Shown here in pieces: positions 40,021-51,559 of a stretch of 64,000 nucleotides of DNA (position 1 is the stretch's first letter; each line of letters begins with the position of its first letter). The stretch is taken from the NCBI GenBank assembly GCA_028023455.1, contig JAQFVV010000009.1, positions 7,192,001-7,256,000 of the forward strand. Direction: 5' to 3'. The position numbers and the translations under genes are program-made. Below the pieces are notes generated by a model. It worked only from the letters and a program-made list of their open reading frames with translations. It ran no database searches and had not been told where the DNA came from. This stretch comes from Epiperipatus broadwayi. Its lineage: Eukaryota > Animalia > Onychophora.

Positions 40021-40521
40021 GCTTTTAATATTCTTAAGTTTTAACTTAATTACATTTTAGGATTGTTTGTAATTCTTATAATCAACGAGTAATGTGATGG
40101 TCAAACTTATTATTTACCTTATATAAAAACAGTTCAACTGTTGGTAAAAAAAATTGAAAGTTAACAGAAATTCCATACAAAAATAATGAGTTTAAAATTG
40201 TTCATTCTTCTTTTTTATGTTTGACAAAATAGTTTAGAGAAAAATATGGAACTCTTTTATCTGTTAATCAGACTGTGACTAGTTTAAGTATAAATAATAC
40301 ATTATCAAGCTTTTAACATTCTTAAGTTTTAATTTTAAATTACATTTTAGTATTGTTTGAACTTCTTATAATCAGAGAATAATGTGATGGTCAAATTGCC
40401 TTATATAAAAACAATTCAACGATTGGTAAAAAAAATTGAAAGTCAACAGAAATTCCACACAAAAAATAATGAGTTTGAATAGTTCATTCTTCTTTTATAT
40501 TTAGAAAAATAGTTTAGAGAA
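40021..40521. repeat. Degenerate tandem duplication, period ~288 bp
   Basis: gcttttaa.attcttaagtttt..aatgtgatggtcaaa..ttggtaaaaaaaattgaaag..tagtttagaga at 40021 and 40309. Confidence 0.88.
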
Positions 40522-41299
40522 TTTTTTTTAAAAATTTGGCAAAATAGTTTATATACACTAATGTACTTATTGTTCTTACTATACTATTGTATGTGCAACT
40601 TGTTGGATTGATTTTATGAGGTTGAATATGTACATATATTAGTGAATTTTTAAAATTGAATTTTAGTTAAAGCTTTTGAACTTTTTCAGTAAATTCTTCT
40701 ATGGAAGCACTCATTCTGATCAATACATGAAGCTTTCATCCCTGGTCCATATATATGTGGATCCACAGTCACATTTAAATGCAAAAGCCAAATAAATAAA
40801 AGGAAGGGGTTATCATTAATTAACGCTTAATCCATAGCCAAGTAATGGCAAAATGGAACCCTACAGGATTATTTTGATAGATAGATTTTTTTTGTTTTGT
40901 ATTATATTATTAATAATAATATTTTCTTTTTTTGGGGTGGGTGGGTGAGTATTCTTATTCTTTGTCTTTGTTAGAGGGAAATTAATATATAATGGTATTA
41001 TTTTTCTTGTACAGAATAAACTGATGTGTTCTTAAAATTACCTAGTTGACAATCAATCATTTCATTAAATTATTTATTAAAATAAGTGAATATTTAGAAA
41101 TTTATTAGCACTCTGGATCCATATCAAATGAAGTTCAAATATCACTTGTCCTAAGAATTATTTTACTTCAATAATGCTGAGCTAGTTTAGGGAATTGCTT
41201 TACCATAGTCCATTTATACTTTATTGTTCTCTCATTGCATAATTCTTTACTCATTATATAAGAATTGGCATTTGAGGCTGATGATCAATATCAGCACTT

Positions 41300-42085
41300 A
41301 TAAACCTGCCTTGAAGGAGTTGACATCTGAACTTAGGTACACGTTAGTTGACTAGGGAACATAATATTATTTCAGTCAACTTCATTAAATGGAATTGAGA
41401 CATAATGGGTAATCTTTTTAATATTGAACTGTGAAATAATCCATACATTTATTTAAATAGACTAGTATCATTTAATGTATGAGGTTCATATTATTTACCT
41501 GATCTCAGATAATAAATAACCCACAAGGAAATAGTGACTAGTACAAATTTTTGTGGTCAGTAATGACTATTACTTTTGATCCAAGTAATAAAAGCCTACA
41601 TTTTTTTGGACCACCCACACTATTGCCAAAGCTTCTTTTTTGGTTACAGTATAATTGATTTCAGGATTCTTGAGAAGCCTGCTTATGAAGTATAGGATTC
41701 CTATTTGCTTGTCATCCTGAATTTGTGATAAGATTACCCCTAGTCTGTACCTAGTACTATCAGTCTGAACAGGATGAGGCATTTGATAAAATCAAAAAGG
41801 GTTTCTTGAAGCATGTGATGCTTTATTTTCCAGATTTTACAAAACCATTCATTGTTCAGTCACTGGGTACAGGTTGAGGGTAACCAAAAGCTTAGGCTTT
41901 TGTTATTTGGATCAAAAATATTTGTCATTAATGACCAAAAGTTTGCAGATCCTTAATCTTAGCTATTTGATAAGCAGCAGATTAGTTCAGTAGTATCTAT
42001 TTTTGTAAGTGTTTAATTATACTATATAATATAGCAAGAGATCTGAAAATATCGTCGCTGACATTCTCAATCGTAATCCTGTTCA
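41300..42085. mobile_element. Ty3/gypsy RNase H fragment present as an inverted duplication
   Basis: Minus arm VQTDS..LGVILSQ..YFISRLL..NYTVTKKEALAIVW; plus arm PDFTKPFIVQ..(deletion)..ENIVADILNR, sharing aggctttt.tta.ttggatcaaaa..gtcatta.tgacca. Confidence 0.75.
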
Positions 42086-44989
42086 CTTCACTTCTCAACA
42101 TCTAATGGGTGAATATATATTGTAACCAGTTGGGTTACATAACAGACAATAATATAGTGTATGTGCATATATATACGTAAAATAAAGGAAAAGTAGAAAT
42201 AAACACAGAATAAATTTTGTAGATATTTTTCTATATTTCCTAAAATAAAATATAACAAGTAAAGGGTTAAATAACTCTGGGCTTGAAATAAAATTTCATT
42301 GTGAAATAAGTATTTTAAAAAGGTCTGATAAATAATATTTGTAATTCTGATTTTGAAATTAACAAAAAAAAACAAGCATAATTTATTTTTAAAATCTTTT
42401 AATTAAAACTTGTACAAAATATCTTTTTAAATTAATGCTTGTTTGCATTTCTACTATGTAGTTAAAAATCTTTGTAGATGAAAAATTCTAAAGGATTATC
42501 ACACCTTTGGTCAAATTCCAAAGATTAAAGTAAAAACATGAATATCACACTTTGATAGAAATTTCCAGCTTGTTTTCAAATGGATTACACTTTGATTGAA
42601 AATAGCCACTGTGTTTTTGTCACCTGACTTAACCAAGGTTATAAAAGACTGATAAAAAAATATCAGTTAGTTTTGGCTTGCAGTTTTGTAAGAATTAGCA
42701 GAAGAGCTAGCTGTAAAGTTGGCTAAAATATTTTGTGAAGAGTTGGTAACTGTAGCAGAAAATGGCCATAGTAAAGTTAGCTGCAAAGATGGCTAGAATA
42801 ATTATCAAGAGAACTGCCATGAGGATGTAAGAATGCGAGGAAGTAGCTGCTATTCAGTTCAATAATGGAGTTTGAATTCACATGGAGGAAAAGGGTCAAG
42901 ATTTTTTGTAATTCATAGCCTTAAAAGTGTTCTGGAAAAACAGCTTACTGACCTGAAGCTTACAAAATCCAAGTATAAGTGGAACTGACTACAGAAGGGA
43001 AAAAGCCAACCATACCTGAATTATATACTTTTACCTGATGATGACAATTGCCTGGATTGACCAAAAAACAGCTTGCCCAAGAGAAACACCAGTGAATAAA
43101 GAAGTAGTTATACATATGCTGCTGTGTCTATATGCAGAGGAGCACAGATAAACTTGCATACAAAAGTGAGTTGTTTTTCAATAATTCATTTGATAGACAT
43201 TTTAAATCTATATTTTTAAATTTAAAGACATTTATAATTAGTTAAGAGGTAACCTAATAAAAGCTTTCTAACCTCTGGAAAATTGACTATATATTTTTAA
43301 AAGAATAAAAGAAAGCTGTAATAGAATTTGATAAACTGATTTTTTTTAATATTGATACACATGTATATATGTAAATTTTATGTATATTCAAAACGAAATT
43401 ATTAATTGTAAAAGTATTGTTATTTATTGTTTGACAAAATTAAATTTGTTAATAATCTGTGTAATTCTATATACGTGTTGTAGTAAACCTAGCATAAGTA
43501 TTTGTATTATTTAAAACATAATTTAAAAGCTTAATCATGTATTATTGTAGGTTAAGTCAAATGTGTTTAGAAATTACCCGAACACACATGTATGTGTGCG
43601 TACTTGTCAAGTATAACACATATAAAATTTAATCATTTTTTTTTAATAATTATTTTATGTTAATTGTAATGTATTCTTTGTATATTATAAAATGCACGTC
43701 TGTGTACGGATATATATATATATGTTTATAGAAACTAGTTGAGAAATATTGTAAAACGATGTAATAACTTTAGTTGTGTATATAATTTTGTATACTTTTC
43801 AAAATCAGAGCCTTATCCTATAAGACCTTAAATATCATTTATTCTTTTGTTATTAATAAACTTATATTTAATTGTTAAAATTGTTTCCATCATCTCTTGG
43901 TCACATGCAGTAATAGATATTGTGTTCTCTGAGCTAGATTCGTGCATGGGATGAATATATAAATGGGGATGTGTATTTAGTGCTTTTGGGGCATCCAGCG
44001 ATGATCAATCATCATCCTGGTTGGCGCATAAGATTATATTCTTTAAAACCCATGCACTATCTTTTATTTTATTTTAGTCTTATTTAAAAGTTAAGTTTAT
44101 AGTTGACCAGTACAAGTGGCTTGAACATTGATGATGATCAGCATGTTTTAATGTCCCAGCATTATTGTTTCGATTTCTGATTATTGTGTATTTTAATGGA
44201 TGGGCACTAAGCTGGTGCATCCAAGTTATTTTTAAATAATTGCCCAAGGTGGCAAAGGCTCAATAGTTAGCCTGGTCTACAGAAGACCATTTCCAATCCA
44301 GTCACAAGGTTGACTTGATTTATATTTTTTATTGTTCAAATCCAGCCACAACATGACTGTTGATATATTGTACTGATTTGTTTATTTCCATCAATGATGA
44401 TGATGGAAGGTTATTTCTCTCGAGTATTTACTTGTACTTATTTTTTAAATTATAATGCTGATTGATGGTTAATTATGCTTTTAGTAGCTGGCTGATCTCG
44501 CAATAATCTCACAGAGATCTCATTTTATAATATAAAATACTATATTACTTATATATACTTTGTAAATTATTGAAAAATTTAAATTTAATTTTACTTGGGA
44601 GTGATGATGTTTTGCCATCACCCCAGGTACAAACATCGTTTTTGTTACCACCCACCACCCCACCCATCCTGTTACAAATATACTATTGATATTTGAAATA
44701 TTGTGGACTTGAGAGTGATGATGATTTTCCCATTACCTCTTTGCCATCACCCAGTTCAAACTCATTTTCTACTTTCTACCACTCCATCCCGTTACAATAT
44801 ATAGCAAATATTGCATTGAGAACTGATAAAACTGGTGAAAGACTTGGAGCAGTTAACAATCTGACAATGATAAGATGAACAATTAAGACTACTTTGATCA
44901 ATTATAAGGGTTAATTAGGGCTCCAATTGGATGGGTGGGAAGACAAATTAATCTGTATAGGCTGGATAAATCAGTACTTCAATATAAAT

Positions 44990-45205
44990 ATTCCTTGAGG
45001 GAGTCATCACCTGATCTTAGGTACCTGTAAGTTCCACAGGGAAACAACTATATAATATTAGTTCAGTCACCTTCATTAAATAAAATTGAGAAGTAATAGA
45101 TAATCTTATTTTAATATCAAACTGTGAAATAATCCATATGTTCGTATTATTTTCCTGATCTCAGATAATAAATAACCTGTGAGGAAGTGGAGAGTGGTAC
45201 AATAT
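44990..45205 (-). mobile_element. Dispersed gypsy pol fragment homologous to 41307-41547
   Basis: Shared blocks cttaggtac, ttcagtca.cttcattaaat, aactgtgaaataatccata and cctgatctcagataataaataac. Confidence 0.75.
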
Positions 45206-47029
45206 ATATATAGTATTGTTATTAAATTTCTTTATAAAAAAAAGCACGTTTAGATGCTAAGTAAAGAGGAGGAGTTTTTGAAATTTATTTGAATTATGTT
45301 CTATATTATTTAGTGCAGTAGTAGAATAACAGACTCAAGAGTTAAAAGTCCTTGGTTTGAAGCTTACCTTGTCTCTTTCAGTTCTGAAATATCATCACCT
45401 AACTGTCTAACCATTATTATTATTATTATTTTTTTTTGAATTATTGTTTGATTTTTTAGCAAACAAAATCATAAAAGTTTGAAATAGGAACCGATGTACA
45501 AATGTAAACCTTAATTTATAGGAGAAGTTTTTGAAGGTTCTAAATTATTGTACCTGTCAATGACTTAATAGGAAAATGATGCATAACTCACATACAAATG
45601 CATTTCTTAGTGACAATAAAGAATAAAAGTTCATTAATAAAATTAATGGCAGAATTGAAGAAATTCTGTAGATCATAAGATATTATTATTCTATCTGTTT
45701 TTGCTTGATGGACAACTGGAATTAATAGAGGGGAAGTTATTTTCTGCCAAGAATGAAATAATTTAAAACCAGAATAATTATTATGAATTTGCCTTTTGTG
45801 TGCTTGGGAATCAACATCAGAAAAGAATGGTTAGAATTTAATTTTTTAAATCTACATTAAATTTTGATATTAATAACTGTGTTAAACACTGTTTATTTAG
45901 AGTAGCTGCTGATCCCAAGGTACATGGATTGCAGTTCCAACTCTTCCAGTACTCAAACTTTTTAGGAACTCCAACAATAAATCATTTGATTATTTTTTCA
46001 TTACTTATTAAAATTTATAATATATTCTAAATGTGTAATTCTATAATGATGTATTTTAAATCAAGCAACAGTGAAATTCAAAATATTATTTGATTATAAT
46101 ACTTTATTGTCTGAAAGCTTTTTTTTTTTTCAGACATAAAAAATATATTTTTAATGATAGAGAAACATTTAAATTATCCATGAGCATTCAATGTACATTT
46201 CAGAATGCAATATCAAAATGTGTTAGAATTAGTAGTATTTTATATAATTTAAAGCATGAAAAGGATAAATGTTAATGTTGAAGGTGCTTATGAAGTGAAG
46301 AGCAACTTTAAATTTTCTTTTGATAAGAGAAATGGGGATAATAGCAGAGAGGAAATCATGAGTTGAAAAATGAAAAACAGAAAGATGTGGAACAATAATT
46401 CATTACTACATTAATAGTAAATGTTTTAATAAAGGTAGCAAATATTTTATTTGGATAATGATCATTACATAAAATTTTTTGCTTTGCACAAATCGAGTAT
46501 TATCTTTGAGATATAAACCTTTCATATCATCAACTCCTGGGATAGTTTTTAAGAAGGTTATAAAACAAAGATGGAAATTTGATAAGATTTAAAAAAGTTT
46601 TGTGATTATTTATAGTAAATGTTTTCAAATAACATTCTTTTTTCAAAGAATTATTATTGTAAGATTGTTTATAAAAGAGATGATTTTAAACCTAATATTC
46701 AAAAAAGGAACTTTAATATTGATTCTGTTATAAATGAATGTTTTTGATGGTCAGATGAATTAAAAAAACACAAAAACATGAGAGATGATGTTAAAATTTC
46801 AGCATGAGTCATAAATTTTTAAAAGTTATTTGATTGTTTTCTGATTAGAAAAAGATTATTTGATAATTGAAATTTAATATTTTTATTATTTTCTATTGAT
46901 TATAATGCCTTTATTGTGATATTTAATTTTGCTATATAATTTAATCAGTTTAAAATTTGAAATTAGAAAAAATGTTAATTTCTTTATAAAATCTGGAAAA
47001 ATACAGCTTGTATATATAATTATATAGAA

Positions 47030-47620
47030 ACTACTTGTGTGTTTATCTCACTCTTTCTCATAGTCTTTGTTCTGCTTTTCAAAATACCCATGCCTATTTA
47101 AGATCATCAATTAGTTTTTTTTTGTTCATGTTACATCTTTTTCTCATAATTTTGATAATACTATTACATTTTTATTTTTCTTCTTCTAAGTATATGCCTA
47201 ATCTTGGTCTTTTTTTCTGTTCATAATCAATTAAGTAATGATTATGATCTTTTTGACAATTCTATCTTTTTAATCTTATATATATTTTTTTTTATTTGAG
47301 TTCAATTTACCCACTTTTTTTAATTGTACATAGTTCTGTTCTGTATAAAACCATAGTCCAAAGAAATATTAACAGATCTTAAATTTCTCTGGTCCATAGA
47401 ATCATGATTGCAATTTTCACTTTACTTGTTTAATCTCTTATTTATTTTCCAATTTCAGTGGTTTTAGACAGTTGCATATGATTGATTGATACAATCATTA
47501 TTAAAAAATAATATCTTCATTGCAGTATTTTTCCATCCACTTTCTCCAGATATTTTAATTGTATTTTTTAAGTTTTAAATATAGTTAATTATGAAACTAG
47601 CTTTGAAAATTTTAAAATAA
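47030..47620 (-). mobile_element. Decayed LINE 3' fragment, similar to 22860-23000
   Basis: Shared tgcagtatttttccat block; otherwise weak. Confidence 0.3.
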
Positions 47621-48780
47621 TTAAATACTTATGCAATAAAGCCACAATTTCCAACCTAGGATCTACAAAGACATGAAAAATTAGAATTTTTATCTTTAAT
47701 AATTAGTGATAAATTTAATTTTGTAATAATAAATTTTCATTTAACTGTATTTATTTATTTCTTAGCTGATCACTTGCTTGTTAAGTCAAGCAATTAAAAC
47801 TAGGCAGTTCTTATTCTCATAGCTCATATTATTAGATAGTTAATTCATTTCTCTTCTAATCTAGAAGATTCAAAATAAGCAGTGAGTAAAATAAAATAGA
47901 TAGTACAAAGAAGTGAAATGAATTCATATTCAGGTTTTATTTTCTTTTTTGACTTTCTAGTAGAAAGTTCTAATTTTCACTGTCTCCATCAAACTAATGA
48001 CTTGAATTTATAAACATCTTAAGATTTTAAATTAAAACCAATATTTTATCCAATTGTAATGGTCTAGCATTAGGACATTAGTTATATATTTTAGACATCT
48101 TAGTTATGAATAAATTCAGTATTACTTATCAATAAAAGGCTGGTAAGTCCCAATACTAAACTTGTGAGATCACATGACATTCAAATATCATGTTTATTTA
48201 ATTGATGTGGCTAAGATTTTTTTTTTTACTTTATTCAGTGAAAATTTTGCAATAATTTTTTTGTTCATCACCAAGTCATTTTTATTACCAAACTAGATAT
48301 TCAAGGCATATAATAATAGTAGCAAAAACTTTAAAATATTACAAAATGAAAATCTAATCTTTTTTTTTTGTTTTTATTCATTAAATAGAACTTTCTCTTG
48401 GCACAAAATATTGGACATTTAGTATAAATATTATTTTTTATATTGCTAATATGGCTGCTTTTACAGTATTATCACTAAGTACTTTTTATGACAGCATTAC
48501 TTTTTATTTATAAAGCTTTGGGATTATATGAAAATTTTACTTGGAAAATCTTCAGTTCATAGCCTTTAAAAATAGTCAGCATTTTTGAAGTCATTCTATA
48601 TTCTGAAGTCTTTCTATTAATATCGTTGACATTATTATTCAGTCATAATAAGATTAAATTTTAATTTAACATTGTAAAATATTTATTTTTTAAGCTGGAT
48701 ATAAAATAATTATTAACTTTTATCCCTTCAAAAAAATCTGTTTTTCAAATTAATATTAGAATATTCATCAAGATTAATTT

Positions 48781-49088
48781 TGGCCTTTGAGCGTTCCATC
48801 ATCAGATTTTCAATTGGATGGACAGTTGAAGAGTTGGAGTGTGGAGTAGATTGAAGCCTGTCCTAATATTAAAGTAGGAGAATTTGCTATCTTAATATAT
48901 ATCTGAGCACTTGTAGCATATATGTGTAGAGATGGTAATTGCTGGTTTAGCATGAAATACGTATATTGGTGATTATTTATCTTTTCGACATATGTGTGTT
49001 CAGGTGTATCAATGTTATGAGATAGTGTGGAGAGTGGTGGGTCAAGTGAAAGTCTGTGCTCATACCCAGTCTATTATATATATATATT
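48781..49088 (+). mobile_element. Diverged, truncated copy of the 471-bp HHR monomer with the 5' HHR core deleted
   Basis: Colinear with 18959-19268; retains ttgctggtttagcatGAAAtacgtaTAttggt but lacks accaaCTGATGA. Confidence 0.88.
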
Positions 49089-49259
49089 AAGGAAAGTCCA
49101 TGTAGTATTAAATAGAAATGTTAAATTCATAAAACCAATAATAAATTTTGATATTATAATAATGTATAAATTTTGTTTTTACATTGATAAAAATATAATT
49201 TTATATTATAAATGTTTAGCTTTTTAATTTTTTAACTTTAGCAATGTTTTTATATTTAG

Positions 49260-49385
49260 CACCATGAAGATCTTCAGCAAGGTCTTAGTCGTGAGCAACA
49301 TACAATAGAACAATTAAAATCTGAATTAAAAAGAAAGAAATATCTACTGAAGCAAGTACTACAGAATACTAATATGATGTCAAAA
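49260..49385 (+). CDS. DZIP1: DZIP1 exon (coiled coil)
   Basis: tttAG acceptor, GTGATG donor (weaker); 126 nt, HHEDLQQGLSREQHTIEQLKSELKRKKYLLKQVLQNTNMMSK aligns without gaps to DZIP1 IKTLKEECKRRKK. Confidence 0.88.
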
Positions 49386-49471
49386 GTGATGGCCTTTTTT
49401 TTTTTTTAGTTTTTCTTATATATATTTATATATATCTACTTTCATTTAGTTTTTTTTTTTTTTTTTTTTAG

Positions 49472-49657
49472 TGTCCTTATTGTGAAAAAATTTTCATGAA
49501 TTTACACTATTTACAATTGCATCTTGCACGTCGCCATAGAGAAATTTTTGAAACTCAATCTAATGAAGTCTTTAAGAAGATGGAAATTGAGAATAATAAA
49601 ATTAAAGAAAGTCTTAAAGCGGCAGAGTTACAACTTGAGGCAGAAAAATTATTGCGG
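49472..49657 (+). CDS. DZIP1: DZIP1 exon with C2H2 zinc finger
   Basis: Poly-T AG acceptor after an 86-bp intron, GTAAAT donor; CPYCEKIFMNLHYLQLHLARRH matches DZIP1 C..C.KAFMN...LQ.H..RRH. Confidence 0.95.
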
Positions 49658-50234
49658 GTAAATATTGTCTGAAAGTTACATTTTAAATATTTTTTTCATA
49701 TTGGAAGTCCTCTAAATTTATGATTGCTTAGTGTTGCTTTACACTAACATTATTAGAAAGCTGAAAAATATAAAGATGACATCAGTATCATAATTTGTTT
49801 GTATTTAACAATAGTAACACATCTACACTATTTAACTCAAGTTGTTAAGTAATTGATTTGCATATCAAAGATACTATACATTATTGTCAGGATAATTCTG
49901 ATTGCAAACTCTTTTAAATAGTCTGCTATAATTTGGCTTTTATTTAGAATGAAATAATATTTAAAAAATATTGCATTTAGCCATTTCAGATATGTTTAGA
50001 TATGATATCCAAATTTATATTATAAATATTCAAACCATTTAAAATTTTGAATGTAAGCTATTAATTTAAATAATGATATAACTATAATTATATTTCAGGA
50101 TTATTTGCAATAAGTATTTAAATATAAAATGATAAAGTTCAAGTAATCAGAAACCACTTATAGAAGTTTTAGATTAAATTTTTCCAAGACAAAAATTTAA
50201 ACCACTTTTGAAAATTTTAAGCATTTTTAAATGA

Positions 50235-50520
50235 CTGATATATAGGGCAAGCCAAAAGTAACTATAATACCCTCATTTTTTATTACTATTATTATTTTAA
50301 AGCTGTTGAAATCTATATTAGGGAGTCTGAGTGAAGAGCAAAGAAAGTAAATTCAGAAACAGTCCCAAAAGACTGAAAATGCCAAGAAGGTACATTGAGT
50401 CTTGTGAGAAATATTTGACATATTTTACCAATACTTATGATTGTGCAATGCATTTAGTACTTTCAAGTTTCGCCATAAGAACAGGTATAATTATATGTAT
50501 ACTGAACAGATGAAAATTCT
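50235..50520 (+). mobile_element. Decayed DD37D-type mariner 5' end (TIR + N-terminal HTH)
   Basis: tatagggcaagccaaaagtaact terminus; LSEEQRK*IQKQSQKTENAKKV. Confidence 0.55.
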
Positions 50521-50689
50521 TGTATAATTATAACTAAATTGAATTAGCAAGGTGTTTTAATTTGAATCAATATATGGAGCCAGAATGTTTTTTGGTACAA
50601 TTTTGACCTAACTATATTGTCCAAGTTTATGAGAATCAACTTCACAAATTAAGATTTTATTTTGAAAGCATTAATTGATATTGATGTTA

Positions 50690-50960
50690 ATTGAAATTTG
50701 TGTGTTTCTATCGTAGTATCAGTAATAAATTCCAGGAATGTTCCAATATCCAGTGGAGGATATTTCAAGCATTTAAGAGACTAAAGTTAACCTGTTGCAT
50801 CATATTTATTTTTGATATGATAAATTGTCAGATGTGTTGATGGAGAAGTATCAAATGCTTCCTGTCATACTCTGAGCATTTTCTTGACATTATCAGTCTT
50901 CTTCAGAATCCATTATCTTTGTTCTTTAGTCAGATTCTGTGCCATCTTCCTCAATATCTG
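50690..50960 (-). mobile_element. Decayed DD37D-type mariner N-terminal HTH (DUF4817-like)
   Basis: MAQNLTKEQR*WILKKTDNVKKM..EAFDTSPSTHLTIYHIKNKYDATG. Confidence 0.65.
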
Positions 50961-51559
50961 GAAACAAAAAGAATTAAATAATAAAAAATAAAAGTAAATA
51001 TACAATACTGTATGCCTGTTTCTCCCCAATCTTTTATATTTGTGAATTGAAATACGTTTTATTAGTCAACAGTGGCATGAATAAATCTTGTATAAAGATT
51101 GTGTGTTTTCTATGTTTACATGTACTCCTTGATCAGATATTTTGCAAATTGAATGTGATAATTTTGATGTTTGTTATACAGAAATAATTTTTTACAAAGT
51201 TTTTTTACGGAATTATTTAAATATTTTGGAATGTTTTTAGGATACTGCATTATTATTTATTTTATACTCTGCAAATATTCCTTTAATAGAATTAAATACA
51301 CACATTAATATGTAGTGATACATTTTTGAAAATTATTCAGTCATCTCTATTTTGGATAAGTGGTTAGTCTCAAGAAAATTTCTACTTTTTTAGACATGAT
51401 GAGAATATTAACTATCAAAACTCACTAAAAAAAACCCAGTTATATAAAGGATATAAATTAGAATGAATGCAACAATTAGTGTAATATTATCTAACCAATC
51501 TTGAAAAAAAACAAATGTTTATTAAATCATGAAAATTGTCCGAGTTGTATTTATTGCAT

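Noticed and set aside
42490-43175. GC-richer stretch resembling a solo LTR, including ctgatga at ~43036
   Set aside because: No TG..CA ends, TSD or HHR stems could be established.
45311-45365. tRNA-like A-box/B-box sequence (similar heads near 11410 and 25285)
   Set aside because: No cloverleaf can be formed; at best decayed SINE heads, too degenerate to call.
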